NCBI RefSeq assembly: GCF_009914755.1 | Contig: NC_060933.1 | DNA length: 64,000 bases | Source of the DNA: the human T2T-CHM13v2.0 reference genome, Homo sapiens | Reading direction: 5' to 3' (one strand) | Shown: one piece after another, positions 36,037-51,101 of the stretch | Layout: each line of letters begins with the position of its first letter | Position numbering within the stretch: the stretch's first letter is position 1 | Notes under the pieces: generated by a model | What the model was told of the DNA's origin: nothing | What the model saw: only the letters and a program-made list of their open reading frames with translations | The model's database searches: none | Made by a program: the position numbers and the translations under genes

Positions 36037-36703
36037 AAATAACGACTCGTCATGTCTTTAGGCTCCCATGGCCCGAAGAGTGGTAGATTTTTCTGCACTT
36101 AAAGAAAATTCTTAAGGACTGTATTGTTTATGCCTGCATTACTCTTATTTCTCTCAGATATTTTCACATTTCCTACAAATCCTACAAATTTTTCCATGAA
36201 CATCTCTTCTGCAGCTACAGGTTTTGATGCTGACTCTTTGTTTTTTAATGAGTCTTTTTATTTTAGGCCTTAACTTGAGACCTTTTAGAGAGAGAACAGT
36301 TTCATGTTTCATGCCATTTTGAAGTTGTAGTTCTGAGGCTAAGCATGTTTTTGTCTGTATTGTAAAAGAGAGAAGCCAAGCAGATTTCTTTTGGTTTAGA
36401 CGTTTCAGGCAGGTGATTTCATAGATATTGTGTCTTGAAAATCTTCCCATTCTTCTCTTTATCTCATTGGGTAAATTGGAAACTTCTAATTTACCCAATG
36501 AGATAAATTTGGATTTTCAATTTGGAGTTATAAAAATTCATGCTTCAGTTGCCAGCCACAGCAGCCAGTGATGTAGTTAGCCAGTGTTACCTAAAAAGGC
36601 TTTGAGCATTGATCTGGTTTTTGGATACGTGTAGTTTATTTCTTAATTGAGGAGACCATATTCTATACAGTTTCAGTATAGAATCTATAAATTTTCTTAG
36701 TTG

Positions 36704-36790
36704 ATACAATCTCTACCATTTATCCTATAAATAGAATCTCCTGTGTAATACAGTCTCTACCATTTATCCTATAAATTGACTCTCCTGTGT
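36704..36790. repeat. Tandem duplication, 2 x 44 bp
   Basis: atacartctctaccatttatcctataaatwgamtctcctgtgt repeated with 3 mismatches. Confidence 0.92.
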
Positions 36791-36925
36791 CCTACTATCA
36801 AATGTCTGTCAGGCCTCATTTTTCAAAGAGCTTTTGAGTATAGAGTCGGGGCAATATTAAATACTTAATAACCAGTGTAGTCATATGTATGTGTAAGTGT
36901 GTGGGTTTATTTAAAAATAGACTGC

Positions 36926-37257
36926 TGTCTTAGTCTGTTCAGGCTACTATAATACACTACTTGTAGACTTGTTGGCTTACAAGCAACAGAAATTTATTTC
37001 TCACAGTTCTAGAAGCTGGGAAGTTCAAGATCAAGGTGCTAGCAGATTTGAGGTTTGATGAGGGTCTACTCCCTGCTTCATAGAAGGCTGGCTTCTCTGT
37101 GTTCTCATGTGGTAGAATGGGTGAGGGAACTCCTTGGGATCCCTTTTATAAGGACAGGCTAATTGCCTACCAAAGGCCCCACCTCCTACTACCGTCACAT
37201 TGGAGGTTACAATTTCAATATCTGAATTTTGAGGGGACACAAACGTTCATTATATAG
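36926..37257 (-). mobile_element. MLT1A-like MaLR LTR
   Basis: tgtcttagtctgttcaggctactata...aacagaaatttatttctcacagttctagaagctgggaagttcaagatcaagg...ggggacacaaac. Confidence 0.85.
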
Positions 37258-37264
37258 CTGCTGC

Positions 37265-37495
37265 CATACAAATATTATATGATTCCATTCACCTATATAA
37301 GGTATATAATAGGCAAATTCGTTAGAGACAGAAAGTAGAATAGAAGTTACCAGAGGCAGGGGGATAGAGAGTTATTGTTTGTTGGGTACTGAGTGTCTGT
37401 TTGGGATGATGAAAAAGTTCTGTAAATGGATGGTGATGTGATGAGTATGCAACATTGTGAATGTATTTAATGCCATTGAATTGTATAGTTAACAA
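37265..37495 (+). mobile_element. L1MB-like 3' end
   Basis: caaatattatatgattccat...gagacagaaagtagaatagaagttaccagagg...gatgatgaaaaagttctg. Confidence 0.8.
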
Positions 37496-38124
37496 ATATT
37501 ACCTTGTATTACCTACGTATAAAATATACCTCATGAAAGTACTGATCAAATTATTCATTAGATCATTTCTAAGTTATCTGTTGATACCTAGAAATTATCA
37601 ATGTAATCTTTTGTTTCATAAATGATGTCACTGTCTAAGCTCAGATGTGACACAGGGAACAGCATCAAACGCTTGAAGCTTCTAAGTTCCCCATTAAATT
37701 GAGAGTCCGTTGTGTCTCTGGAACTGGTACTTTGTTATAGCTGAAAAATGATTGGATGATGCTCACCTAGAAGCCAGTCCTTCCCACATGGCCTAGGAAG
37801 AATTTGTACTTTGGCCTGCACCAAAATATCAATACCAACCTGCCAACTGTCACCCCTTACACATGCTCTGAAACTCATGTGCCCTTGCTGCTCCCAACAC
37901 CTGTGGAGTTTCAGCAGCCACTGGAAGCCACTCACATCTGTGCTGGCACCACTCCAAGGTCTATTACCTGCTTTTCTGGCTGCCACTGGTGACATAATTA
38001 GGTACCTTGTAGTCTCAATAAATATAGGATTTCTTTTTACCAACTGGTATGGGAATATTTCAGTATTTTAACCATCAGTACATTCCATCTGAATGTCAAC
38101 CCTGATTGCATACTACAATGTAAC

Positions 38125-38450
38125 TTCTTTTTTTGTTGTTTGTTTAATAAGACAGGATCTCATTGTGTCATCTAGGCTGGAGTGCAGTGACAGGATCATG
38201 GCTTACTGCAGCCTCAATCTCCTGGTCTTAAGTGATCCTCCTGCTTTAGCCTCCCAAGTAGCTGGGATTAGAGGTGTGCACTACTATGCCAGGCTAATTT
38301 CTTTCTTTTCTTTTCTCTCTTCTCTTCTTCTCTTTTGACAGAGTCTCACTATGTTGCCCAGGCTGTTCTTGAACTCCTGGGTTCAAGCAGTCCTCTCACC
38401 TTGGCCTCCCAAAGTGCTGGGATTACAGGTGTGAGCCACTGAACCCAGCC
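38125..38450 (-). mobile_element. AluJ
   Basis: Two arms with expanded T/C middle; TSD-like tacaatgtaactt/tgcaatgtactt. Confidence 0.92.
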
Positions 38451-38936
38451 TGCAATGTACTTAAGAGTTTATAGTAACAGTGTTCATAAAGAGTAGCTTA
38501 TAAGGGCTTATTCCTTAAAGATTAACATATTATGGCTGAGCTTGACCTGGATTCCATGTTGAATTATTGTATTTTGGGGAGTTTAGAAGTATTGCTATTG
38601 GTTTTGAGATGGGGTAAAGATCATTCTCACCTTATCGCAGGTCAAGGCAGAGGTAATTTTTCTTGACTTCCTAAATAATCTTTCCCGAACCTTGTGGGTG
38701 GGGGTAGTGCCAAAGTTCCTGTTTAAAGTATTTTGATATTTGATCTGGGCATAGACACACTTGTTTTGTCTCTTTTCTACATGGTATGAATAGCTTATGA
38801 GCTATGAATTTGAACCATTTTAGAAATATGAAAATGCTATGAAAGCTCTTCAGTTCCTTTCCCTGGAGCCCTTCCTCATGACTTCATGAATATGGATTCT
38901 TATTTGTGCTATTTTACATTAAATTCTATTAGTATC

Positions 38937-41191
<2,255 letters not shown>

Positions 41192-41261
41192 AGAAAATCT
41201 TCCACCACATGTGATTTTTCTGTATGTTCATAATTCTTTGTGTTGAAAGATAAGCTCATGA

Positions 41262-41262
41262 T

Positions 41263-41298
<36 letters not shown>
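41262..41298. repeat. (TG)n microsatellite
   Basis: Seen directly. Confidence 0.95.
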
Positions 41299-41300
<2 letters not shown>

Positions 41301-41329
41301 AAACAGAATTGAATGAAATAGCATCTCTC

Positions 41330-41485
41330 ATGACCACCATGCCCAGCTATTTTTTTTTTTATTTTGAGTAGAGATGAGGTCTTCTGTATTGCCCAGGCTG
41401 GTCTCAAACTCCCGGGCTCAAGTGTTCCTGCCACCTTAGTCTCCCAAAGTATTTGGATTACAGGCTTGAACCATCATGCCGAGCT
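41330..41485 (-). mobile_element. Alu left arm / FLAM fragment
   Basis: accaccatgcccagcta-polyT-gtagagatgaggtc...ctcccaaagt...gattacaggc. Confidence 0.88.
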
Positions 41486-41489
41486 GACC

Positions 41490-42488
41490 TTAATATTTTT
41501 GAAAGAAAACATATTTCGTCAATTGGTACTCAGGTATCTAAGTCCAAGAACATTCTCGTAAATGGAAAATATTTTTAGTTCCATATTTTTCATAATTAAA
41601 TGTATAATTATTTCACCCCCCAGTGAACTTACCATCTTTGGTTCTCCGTTTAGAAGACATTCTTTACTAAACATTTTTGTAAGAAAGATCTCTTTATGAT
41701 CTTTTTTATGTTTGACTAAATTTAGAGGCTGTGAAATTTTAGGCCTTTTGAACTTTTTTCATTCTGTGGTTGAATGAAAATTTTCTAATTAAAAATAGGA
41801 ATTCTTTAGGTATTCCATAAAAAGATTTTTCCCACCAGTAGAAGCTATTATTCCAAAGTGAAGTTTGAGAATTTCCCATTAAATCTTTCATGCTATTTGA
41901 GGAGCTCTCACCATTGAATTATTTCAGTTGCTCCCTTGCATTTGTAGGGAAATTTCTTAATTTCAAGGTCTTCCTGTTTATAAGCTGTGGTTTCATAATT
42001 GCAATTTGCTAAAAGCTTTGAAAACTTAAGTGTTTTGGCATTTTATTGATTGCATTTTGATTATTAAAGATTTCTACTTGATTTTGAGCAGAATGCAATA
42101 AATTCAGTGGATTTGTGTACAAAAACAGATCAATACCATTATAGGACACTAGGGTTGATTTACAAAATAGTTCTACAAGTTTTCTAAAATCCAACTGATG
42201 ATAAAGGAGCAAAGATATAAAGTACACACTGCCTGGCAGAGGCATGTAAAAGCATATCAGCTTTGCCACCAAAATGTTGTTTCTAGTTGCTTTAACTGTG
42301 TGTGCATATAAACTATATAGCTATATATATTTATAGTTAACTATATATACATATATAGTTATATATAGTATACACTTACATATATAAAGTAATTAAAAAC
42401 ACAGTCTGTTAAACTGTGGTATGTATGTGTTTGTATATATATACAGTTAAAATAACTAATGTAATGAAAAATTGTAAGGCATTTACCT

Positions 42489-42537
<49 letters not shown>

Positions 42538-44072
42538 CACTATGCACTTGATAATTTTGTAAACTATAGCTATTTTGATTAGTAGACTATCACAGTTTGG
42601 GCACAATTTCAAATTATTTCAACCCTGTGCATTTCTTAATTTAGTAAAAACCATGTTTTTACTAGGATGCTGTATTCTACCAAATTTTTGTTTTGTATTT
42701 GTATCACAAAAACAAATACATTTATTTTCAGTGATAAGTTTTTAAACTGAATTTGCAATTGCAGTTGCAATTGCAATATTGTCCGCCACTTAAGACACGG
42801 TGAATTTCCCAAAGCTTTAGTCTAGTCTAGAGAGTGAATGAGCAAGCAAATGATTATTGGCATTTATTTAACTGACGTTTTTGAAGCATCTGATGACAGT
42901 GATTATTCAACTGTTTGCAAATCTGTGCTAATGAGTCAAGCATCCAGTTAATGGCATTGCTTCATTTTTCTTATGTGCACAAGAAATCTTGGAATTGAAA
43001 TAGGTGAAATTAATTTAGGGGAACAACTATTCTACCTGAACGAAAAGTCATGCGTCAAAGAGTGATGGATAAACACACCTTCTGCAGCTGCACATGATAC
43101 ACCATCTTCAGGCACCATCTTCCAAAAACAACTACCAATTTTTGAAGCAGACATTGATGCTTCTTGGACAGATTGTGGTCATGTGGTCACTGATGCACTG
43201 TGGCTCCAGTGGTGGGTGGTAAATGTCGACAAGCATTCTGTTTATGTTACATGCTCATCATCAATTTTCTTTTGAAATGGAAACTCAGTGCTTAATTTTT
43301 CACTAAATATGAATTTTCAGTTTTTGAGCTTATTGCTGCCGGGAGGGTTCATTGCAAAATTACAAAGCATTACCAAAAAATAAATTAATAGTCATAGCTT
43401 TCCGCCACAATATATGATAAAACCACTGTAGCAAGAGTGTTCCACCTCCTCTCTGCATGTTCTTCAGCAGGGCTGACTGCGAGACCTTTATTTCCTACAC
43501 ATATTTTACAAATACCAAATGTGTGCTTCTCTGCATTTTCCATTGCTCCAGTTGACTGGTGAATTAGCAGCTTCATGCCTTTCACAGTTAAGGCATGTGA
43601 GTGGTTTGGGGAGCAGCTTAGAATACTTATCCCATCACTATCTGAGATCAGGAGTAGCTGTCTGAAGCCACTGGTATTAAAATACACTTTATTTTATTAG
43701 GGAGTGCTGTGTATACTATCCTTGCAAGTAAAGCCTCAGTGGAGTCAAGATAGAAAAGTATCTAGGAAACAGCGTCAGATGAATACTAGTGTCTAGATTT
43801 AACCACGTGTTACAGTGATATCTTTGTTACAGCCCGAGTGTCTCCCATGCTAATAGATAAGTCCATGGCAGAAATAAGTACAAAGTGGCTTATTGTGATG
43901 TTAAAAGAAACTGGAAACTAGTTAAACCATCCTGGTTTAGGTTAATGCAAATGCTAATAAAAAGACTTTAAAAATTAAAATGGCAACAATAGGACAAATG
44001 TAATGGGCAGGATGCCAGGACTATAAGTGTAAACCAAGACTGTTTCTACCAGCTGGGACGTGTGATTGTGCT
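41490..44072 (-). mobile_element. hAT-Blackjack-like DNA transposon fossil (transposase relic ~41490-43370; terminal repeat ~43980-44072)
   Basis: The minus strand translates in pieces to FSEKLSTEFPFQKKIDDEHVT*TECLSTFTTHH (BED-finger-like N-terminus), KISCAHKKNEAM and SSDASK (catalytic-Asp motif region). The right end aaccaagactgt...gggacgtgtgattgtgct resembles the Blackjack/MER94 terminus. Family name recalled, not searched. Confidence 0.65.
42490..42535. repeat. (CA)n microsatellite, ~22 units
   Basis: Seen directly. Confidence 0.97.
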
Positions 44073-44074
44073 AA

Positions 44075-44200
44075 TTATCAGTAATCCTCTCTAGAAGGTT
44101 GATATTACCACTCCCTTTACATGGGAAGAAACTGAGGATCAGCCAGTTTAAATACTGTATTGAGGATCAGATAGCTAGTTAAAAAATATCTGTATGATTC
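44075..44200 (-). mobile_element. MIR fragment
   Basis: ctttacatgggaagaaactgaggatcag core. Confidence 0.6.
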
Positions 44201-45012
44201 TGAACTTTTATCCCACTGTAAGAGGGATATGGTGGCCATTCCAGTATCTGAAAACCCTAAGTATAGAATGAAGGTACAATGTTAAAGCATATATAGCTCC
44301 TCAATAATTGCTGATATTTTAAAAAACACTTAAAATACACATAAAGCCTCCACGTGTATGTTGTATGCAAGATAATTACATAAGAGGTTAAATTTTGAAG
44401 ATTTTTGCAGAGAGGGCATCATGGAGCCCAGAGGCTCAGTGGTAGAAGTGAGGGAGGTAGTCTCCCAGGGACAGAGTCAGGAGGTGGTAGCCAAGCCTGA
44501 GTGTGAGAGAGCTGAGATATGAAGGGCTTGCCTTGTAAGTTTGCCCAGAAGGTACTGAAGGGCAGGTCAGTTGGTCAGAGGAAAGACAAATTAGGTTATC
44601 TCCACTATTAAGCAGGGCTTTGGAAGGAGAGTGAGGGTCTTGTATTCAGAGTTCAAAGGAAAGATGCCCTAAGGCCCTAAGGAGAGGGCTGGCTGATTGG
44701 AGTTTTTGCTTTTCCCTTTTATTAATCAAATTATTTTAACTGAGACCGTCATTTTGTTCAGAATCCTGCATCCTCCAAGCCAGACCAGCCTAGTTCTCAG
44801 TGCTATGAACACAATGACATGTTTCTGTCTTATTGCTCACAGGCAGCATGGTAGTAGAAACCTGAGGCCCTTTCTTATCTTTCTTCTCCAGGACTGACAG
44901 TATCAGTCCCCATATGTATCTCCTGTGCTTCCCACAGCAACATGTGCAACTAATGTGTGGCTTCCATCTCTTTGTAAAGATAGCCAGGTGGATTTCCAGG
45001 TCTGTGACATGA

Positions 45013-45395
<383 letters not shown>

Positions 45396-45906
45396 TGTAT
45401 TCTTGAATTTTTAGAGAGACTTCAAAATTATATTTAAAAACAGAAAGGAAAAACCATAGTACAGTATTTTACAGTGCAATAGTACTAGAAAAAACTTATA
45501 TACCTACCACCTAGAATTAATATAAATTACATTGTGTTACATATTTTATTTAAAAATTAAAGATAGTAGAGAAGTCCTCTTTGAACTTTTCCAAATCCTA
45601 TTCCCATCCTTTCCCAGAAGAAATTTCTACTGTGAATTTCATGAGTTTCCTTCCACCTCTCTTTTTATACTTTTATCAAATATGTGTATGATTGTATATA
45701 TTTTTAAATTTTAAATATTTAAATTTTATATATTATATATGCTACATAAAGCAACCTCTAAATATTTTATGTCACACTATACTTTTATGATCTCTCATAC
45801 TGATACATAAGAGAACTGGTTCATGAATTTTAATGGTTGTATAATATTTCCATCATATGAATATATCAGAGTTTATGCATTTCTCTGCTGATAAACATAT
45901 ACATTT

Positions 45907-46435
45907 ATATCCGTCAGAGTCACAACTGAAAACAGATGGCACGGCACACTCATGCTGGGTAACTGGGGAGAATTTAATAAAAGGACTGTTTACAACTATG
46001 TGGGTAATGTTTCAGAATATAACAAACACTATAATAAATATTGCATACAATATAAAGGCCCCATAAATGCAATGTCCCAGGCAAGCAACAGTACACCTAG
46101 GCTTGACCCAGGGTCAAGTATTACCACCCCTAGGCTTGACCCAGGGTTATTGTTTCCTAGAGAGAGCTGTCTAGAGAGGCCTCATACAAGCCATGGTCTT
46201 CATAAAGTTGCAGCCCCCTCCCCAAAATTCCTCTAGAAGAGAAGGTGAAAGCAAACACCTTGATGGCATTCTCTTCCTTCCCTCCATCTTCCTTGTGGGG
46301 CATCCCATCGGATAGATGAACTCGCCTAGAGCACAGGGGGCAAGGGAGTCCTTAGGGATTAGCTCCCGGGGCACAGGGCATCATGGAGAGGGATGAATTG
46401 TGGATCTGGAAAGGTAAAGAGATGTGTGGCAGATG
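45907..46435. mobile_element. ERVL-class LTR (LTR41-like), inserted in an old L1M
   Basis: tatccgtcagagtc...aaacagatggcac...gggtaactggggagaatttaataaaaggactgtttacaa; internal 33-bp duplication containing cctaggcttgacccagggt twice. Confidence 0.5.
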
Positions 46436-47000
46436 GTAGTTTCATATACTGTGCTGCTGTAGACAATGCTTCAGGGGCGATTTTTGTCATGAATCCACAT
46501 GAGTCTGCCCAGAGTTTCTCCAGAGTGTCCATGTAGAAGTGGAGTTGCTTAGTCTTTGGCATACAATTTTTTTTAAAATTTTCTGCATATTGCCATCTTG
46601 TCCTCCCAAGTGGTTGTATTCTTACCAGCTCTGCAGGGGAGTTTCTCCCACATTCTAACCATGCTATTTTTGCCAAAATGGTGAGTTTTAAATTGTATCA
46701 CAGCATGGTTTTAATGTACCTTTCCTTGATTATCTGTGAGGCTGAATCCCTTTCTCTAGGTTTCTTGCATATTCTGTTTTCTTTTTCTTGTGTTTTACTA
46801 TTCATAACCATTACTCTTTTTTTTTTTTCTATTGGGCTGTTGTCTCTTATTGATCTGGAGGAATTCTTTATATAATCTGGAAGCCAATCCTTTACTTCTA
46901 ATACGTGTTACAAATATTTTCTCCTAGTCTGTGGCTTATCTTTTAATTTTATGATATATTTTGTTCTAATATTTTGTATTTTATATAGTCAAAGTTATCA

Positions 47001-47442
47001 GTTTTTTTCTTTTTTCTGTTTTTAGAGACAGGGTCTCACTCTGTCACTGAGACTGGAGTCCAGTGGCATGATCGTAGCTCACTGCAGCCTCATGTTCTTC
47101 CACCTTAGTCTCCAGAGTAGCTGGGACCACAGGCATGCACCATCTTGCCCGGCTAATTTTTTGATTTTTTGTAGAGATTAGGTCTCACTGTATTGCCCAG
47201 GCTAGTCTTGAACTCCTGGGTCTCAAGCAATTTTCCCGCATCAGCCTCCTGAGTTGCTGGGAAAAGAGGTGTATGCCTCCATGCCTGGCTAATTGGTTTC
47301 TTTCTTTCTTTTTTTTTTTTTTTGTAAAGATGGAATCTTGCTACGTTGCCCAGGCAGGCCTTGAACTCCTGAGCTCAAGCAATCCTCCTGCCTCAGCCAC
47401 CCAAAGTGCTGGGATTACAGGTGTGAGCCACTACTTCCAGCC
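47001..47442 (-). mobile_element. AluJ with a third arm (trimeric)
   Basis: Right arm, then a left/right chimeric arm, then a T-run and a second left arm. Confidence 0.85.
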
Positions 47443-47776
47443 TCATTTTTTTTCTTTAGGACATATTTTATGTCCTATTTATGAACAAATTCCTACCCTG
47501 AAATAATATTCTTATGAAGTATTTCTCTGAAAGTTTTATTTTTTAACTTACAGGCCTTTAATCCATGTGGTAATTTTTTGTTTACATCTAGTTGATTTTC
47601 TTATTATGGAAAATTTAGTTATTCCAAGACAGTTTACTAACTAGTCTATCACTTGCCTTCTAGTTTATGATGCCTTTGCTCTCATACCCAGGTTCTCATA
47701 CAAGTAGAGAATTGTATCTGTGCTTTGTAGTCTGCTGCATTGACTTAAAAAAAGTTCCTGCCTAGATACTACCGTG

Positions 47777-48015
47777 TTTTTATTCATTTATTTATTTTTG
47801 AGACAGAGTCTTGCTCTGTTGCCCAGGCTGGAGTGGAGGGACCACAGGCACACACCACCACGCCCAGCTAATTTTTGTGTAATTTTTGTACTTTTAATAG
47901 AGGCGGGGTTTCACCACGTTGGCCAGGCTGGTCTCGAACTCCTGGACTCAAGCCATCCATCTGACTTGGCCTCCCAAAGTGCCGGGCTTACAGGCATGAG
48001 CCACCATGCCCAGCC
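47777..48015 (-). mobile_element. Alu with ~70-bp deletion in the right arm
   Basis: ggctggagtg joined to gggaccacaggc; TSD actacc(g/a)tgtttt on both sides. Confidence 0.9.
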
Positions 48016-48094
48016 ACTACCATGTTTTAGCAACTATAATTTAAATCTGTACGCTATGAGATAATAAGTCTTATCTGGAAAGCAGTTTCTCTCT

Positions 48095-48153
48095 CTTCCT
48101 CCTTTCCCTCCTCCTCCTCCTCCTCCTCCTCCTCCTCCTCCTCCTCCTTCTTC
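48095..48153. repeat. (TCC)n trinucleotide repeat
   Basis: Seen directly. Confidence 0.95.
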
Positions 48154-48619
48154 AGAATGTCCTAGCTTTATTTGGACCTTGACTCTTTCATATGAAGTTT
48201 ATAATCATTTTGTCAATTTCCATAGTTTTTTTTTTTTGGAATCACACTGACTGTTTACATTCATATAGGTAAAAATGACATGATACTGCAAACCAAAGCT
48301 GCCCATGGAGAAAGCTTTGTCACATGACACATTGTATTGCTAAAAGTTCAGGTTCTTACTGCTGCTGTTGATGCTCAGCTGTCACAAGGACATTTGTTCA
48401 TTTACTTGTTGATGCTACAACCCTTAATTAAACAAAAGCATGCTTTATGCCTGGTGGATAGGCTATCCTATAACTACCCCACCAGAAATGCTACCCTTAG
48501 AGATTTCACACTCTATTGGCAGAACGTTGGGAGATTTCACTGAGAAGGGAACAACTGAGCTTGTCCCTATTTATTAAAAAGATTTAAGTTTCCAAGGGGA
48601 GAATAGAAAACTAGCTTTA

Positions 48620-48937
48620 CAAAAGCAAAGTGCTTTTGACCCAGAAATTTCATTTGTGGTAATTTGTCCTACAGATATATGTGTTCACAAAGACTTACAC
48701 ATGAGGATGTTCATTCATCGTCGTTCCTAAAAGCAAAATAATAAAAACAATCAAAATGCCAATCACTATGGGACTGGTTTAATACTCTGAAAACTGCCAC
48801 AAGTGTTAAGTCTTTATGTACTGATTTAGAAACATATAACATTAAATTTGAAAAGAATAACCTTAAAGCTCAGAATCATACATGGGGAAAGAAAAAGGAT
48901 ATGCTTGTATGTGCATGGAAAAAGTCTGAAAGGTTAC
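48620..48937 (+). mobile_element. L1ME-like 3' fragment
   Basis: cttttgacccagaaatttcattt...aggatgttcatt...aaaacaatcaaaatgccaatcactatgggactggtt. Confidence 0.65.
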
Positions 48938-49605
48938 TGTTTCAGTTATCTATTGCTGCAAAACGAACCACCCCAAAGCTTAGTGGTTTAAACAGCTAAT
49001 TTTTTATGCTGTTGATTTTGTGTGTGAGGAGTTTGGGCAGGACACAGCTGAGGAGGTTTTCTCTGCACCATCATGACTGGGCTCTCAGATGAAATAGCTT
49101 ATATAATTGGAAATGGCTGGTCCCCTTGAAGGGTCCATATGTCTGGTTGTTGGTTGGGTTCCTTAATTTTTTTCTACATCACGTGCCTATTTAATATGGC
49201 TTCTTCATTCACGAGTCTGGAGTCTGGGCTGGGATAGTTGGAAGGTCTGGGGCTGGCTGAGGCAATCTCTGTCTCTTTGCCTCTGTTTTTCTCTCTAATC
49301 TGTCTATCACCTCATGTGGGATCTTCATGTGGCTAGCTTGGACTTTTTTACAGCATGGGAAGAATGCTGTGAGGAAGGGTAAAACTTCCTAAATGGCAGC
49401 TGGCTTCTCCTAGAGTAAGCATTTCAAGAGGCCTAGGCAGAAGCCACAAAGCTTCTTGTAACCTGGCCTTGGATGCTCTGAAGCATTATTTCTGCCACGT
49501 TCTATTGATCATGCAAGTCAATAAGGCCAGCCTAGGTTCAAAGAATTAGAAGCCATCTCAATGGTAGAATGGCAAAGAATTTTCAGCCATCGTTAATCTG
49601 ATTCA
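48938..49605 (-). mobile_element. MLT1G/H-like MaLR LTR
   Basis: tcagttatctattgctgc...aaccaccccaaagcttagtggtttaaac...atttctgccacgttctattg...aaagaattttcagccatc. Confidence 0.78.
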
Positions 49606-50646
49606 GATATATAAGAAGTTTGTTATTAGCAATTGTCTGGGATATTAGATAGACTTCTATTTCATTGCATATTTTTGAATGGTTTAAGTTGAACAAAATG
49701 TCATTATTATACCTGCATGACATTTTCAATGGGAAAAGCAGCTCCCAAACTTAGTTACTGATAAAAAGCTCAAGGGGTATGGAATTGTGTAACTTGGTGA
49801 GGCATGGAAGGAATCATGCTTGATTATTTAATTGTTCCTTAGTGTGCCTATGAAATATTTGCTGTCTTTTCTGTATAAGGTAGTTTGAGCCAGAGAAGTG
49901 GGGGAAGTAGAAGACCAGAGTTTTAGTCTAAGTTAACAACCTTAAGTTCTAGAAAGGGGAAAAAAAATTAAACACAGTTAGGTCTGTTTAGAGTTTTCAC
50001 ATAAAATGGAAATCACTCTGTACAGGAAAGGTTCATGTTTCCTGAATTTCTACTTCTTCCAGTTCAGCTATTTGAAGATGCTGGACCTGGAGTCTGTCAA
50101 GCCAAAGGTGAAAAGGTACTGGGCTGCTCTTGAACTCCAGAGGCCCCTTAGGAAATGTAATGGTAGCATCCAGCTTGCAAGATAGGAGTTAAGTGCAAAC
50201 GGATGTGGCCCCAGTTAAAAATAATGAAGAATGAGGTAAATGTACACATACACATGTATATATGTGTATATTTGATGCCGTGTGTGTATACGATATATCG
50301 TGTGCATAGAAATCTATTGAAAGACCTAATATGTTGCCTTGAATATACATGCCATGACTTTCTTTTAATAATACAGAAGGGCCTGCCTTTTGTTTGAATT
50401 CAAAGCCCATTCTCTGTGGCCTTACGGTTTTGGGTAGCCTTTCAGGATGCTGCATCAACTAAGTGGCTCATCTCTTCTGGGGACCCAGAATAGGAGAGTC
50501 TACTGTCAGCAAAGGGAAAGGAGGGCTTTTGTTCTGATGATTTTCTTGGTTTGCTGAGGCATAAAACTCATTCCAAATTTAGGATTATAGTTCTAATCTT
50601 ACAATTTGAAATTCTAATAAAATTCCAAATTTAGGACTGTAGTTAA

Positions 50647-51101
50647 AGTAGTCCCCCTTATCCACTGTTTCACTTTCAGCAGTTTCAGTCACCCACGGTC
50701 AGCTTTGGTCCAAAACATTAAGTGACAAATTCAGAAATAAACAATTCATATGTTTTAAATTACACCACTTCTGAGTAGCATGATGAAATCTTGCTCCTTC
50801 CTCCTTTGTCCTACCCAGGACATAAATCCTTCCATTGTCCTGCATATCCACACTGTAGATGTTATCTGCATGTCAGTCACTCATTAGCCAATTCAGTTAT
50901 TAGATTAACTGTTGTGGTATTGTTCTACTTTATTATTATAGTTGTTAATCTCTTACTGTATCTAATTTATAAATTAAATTTTATCATAGTATGTACGTTT
51001 AGGAAAAACGTAGCGTATATAGGGTTTCGTTCTATCCATGGATTCAGGTATCCCCTGAGGTTCTTAGGATATGTCTCCTGGGGATAAAGTGGGACTGTTG
51101 T
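50647..51101. mobile_element. MER44-type Tigger MITE
   Basis: TIRs agtagtcccccttatcc / ggataaagtgggactgttg; internal gttaatctcttactgtatctaatttataaattaaa. Confidence 0.82.

Larger units (their letters stand above)
46440..48250 (-). mobile_element. Old L1ME-like fragments interleaved with Alus
   Basis: gtagaagtggagttgct..., caaatattttctcctagtctgtggctt, tttaatccatgtgg, ctttcatatgaagtttataatc. Confidence 0.65.
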
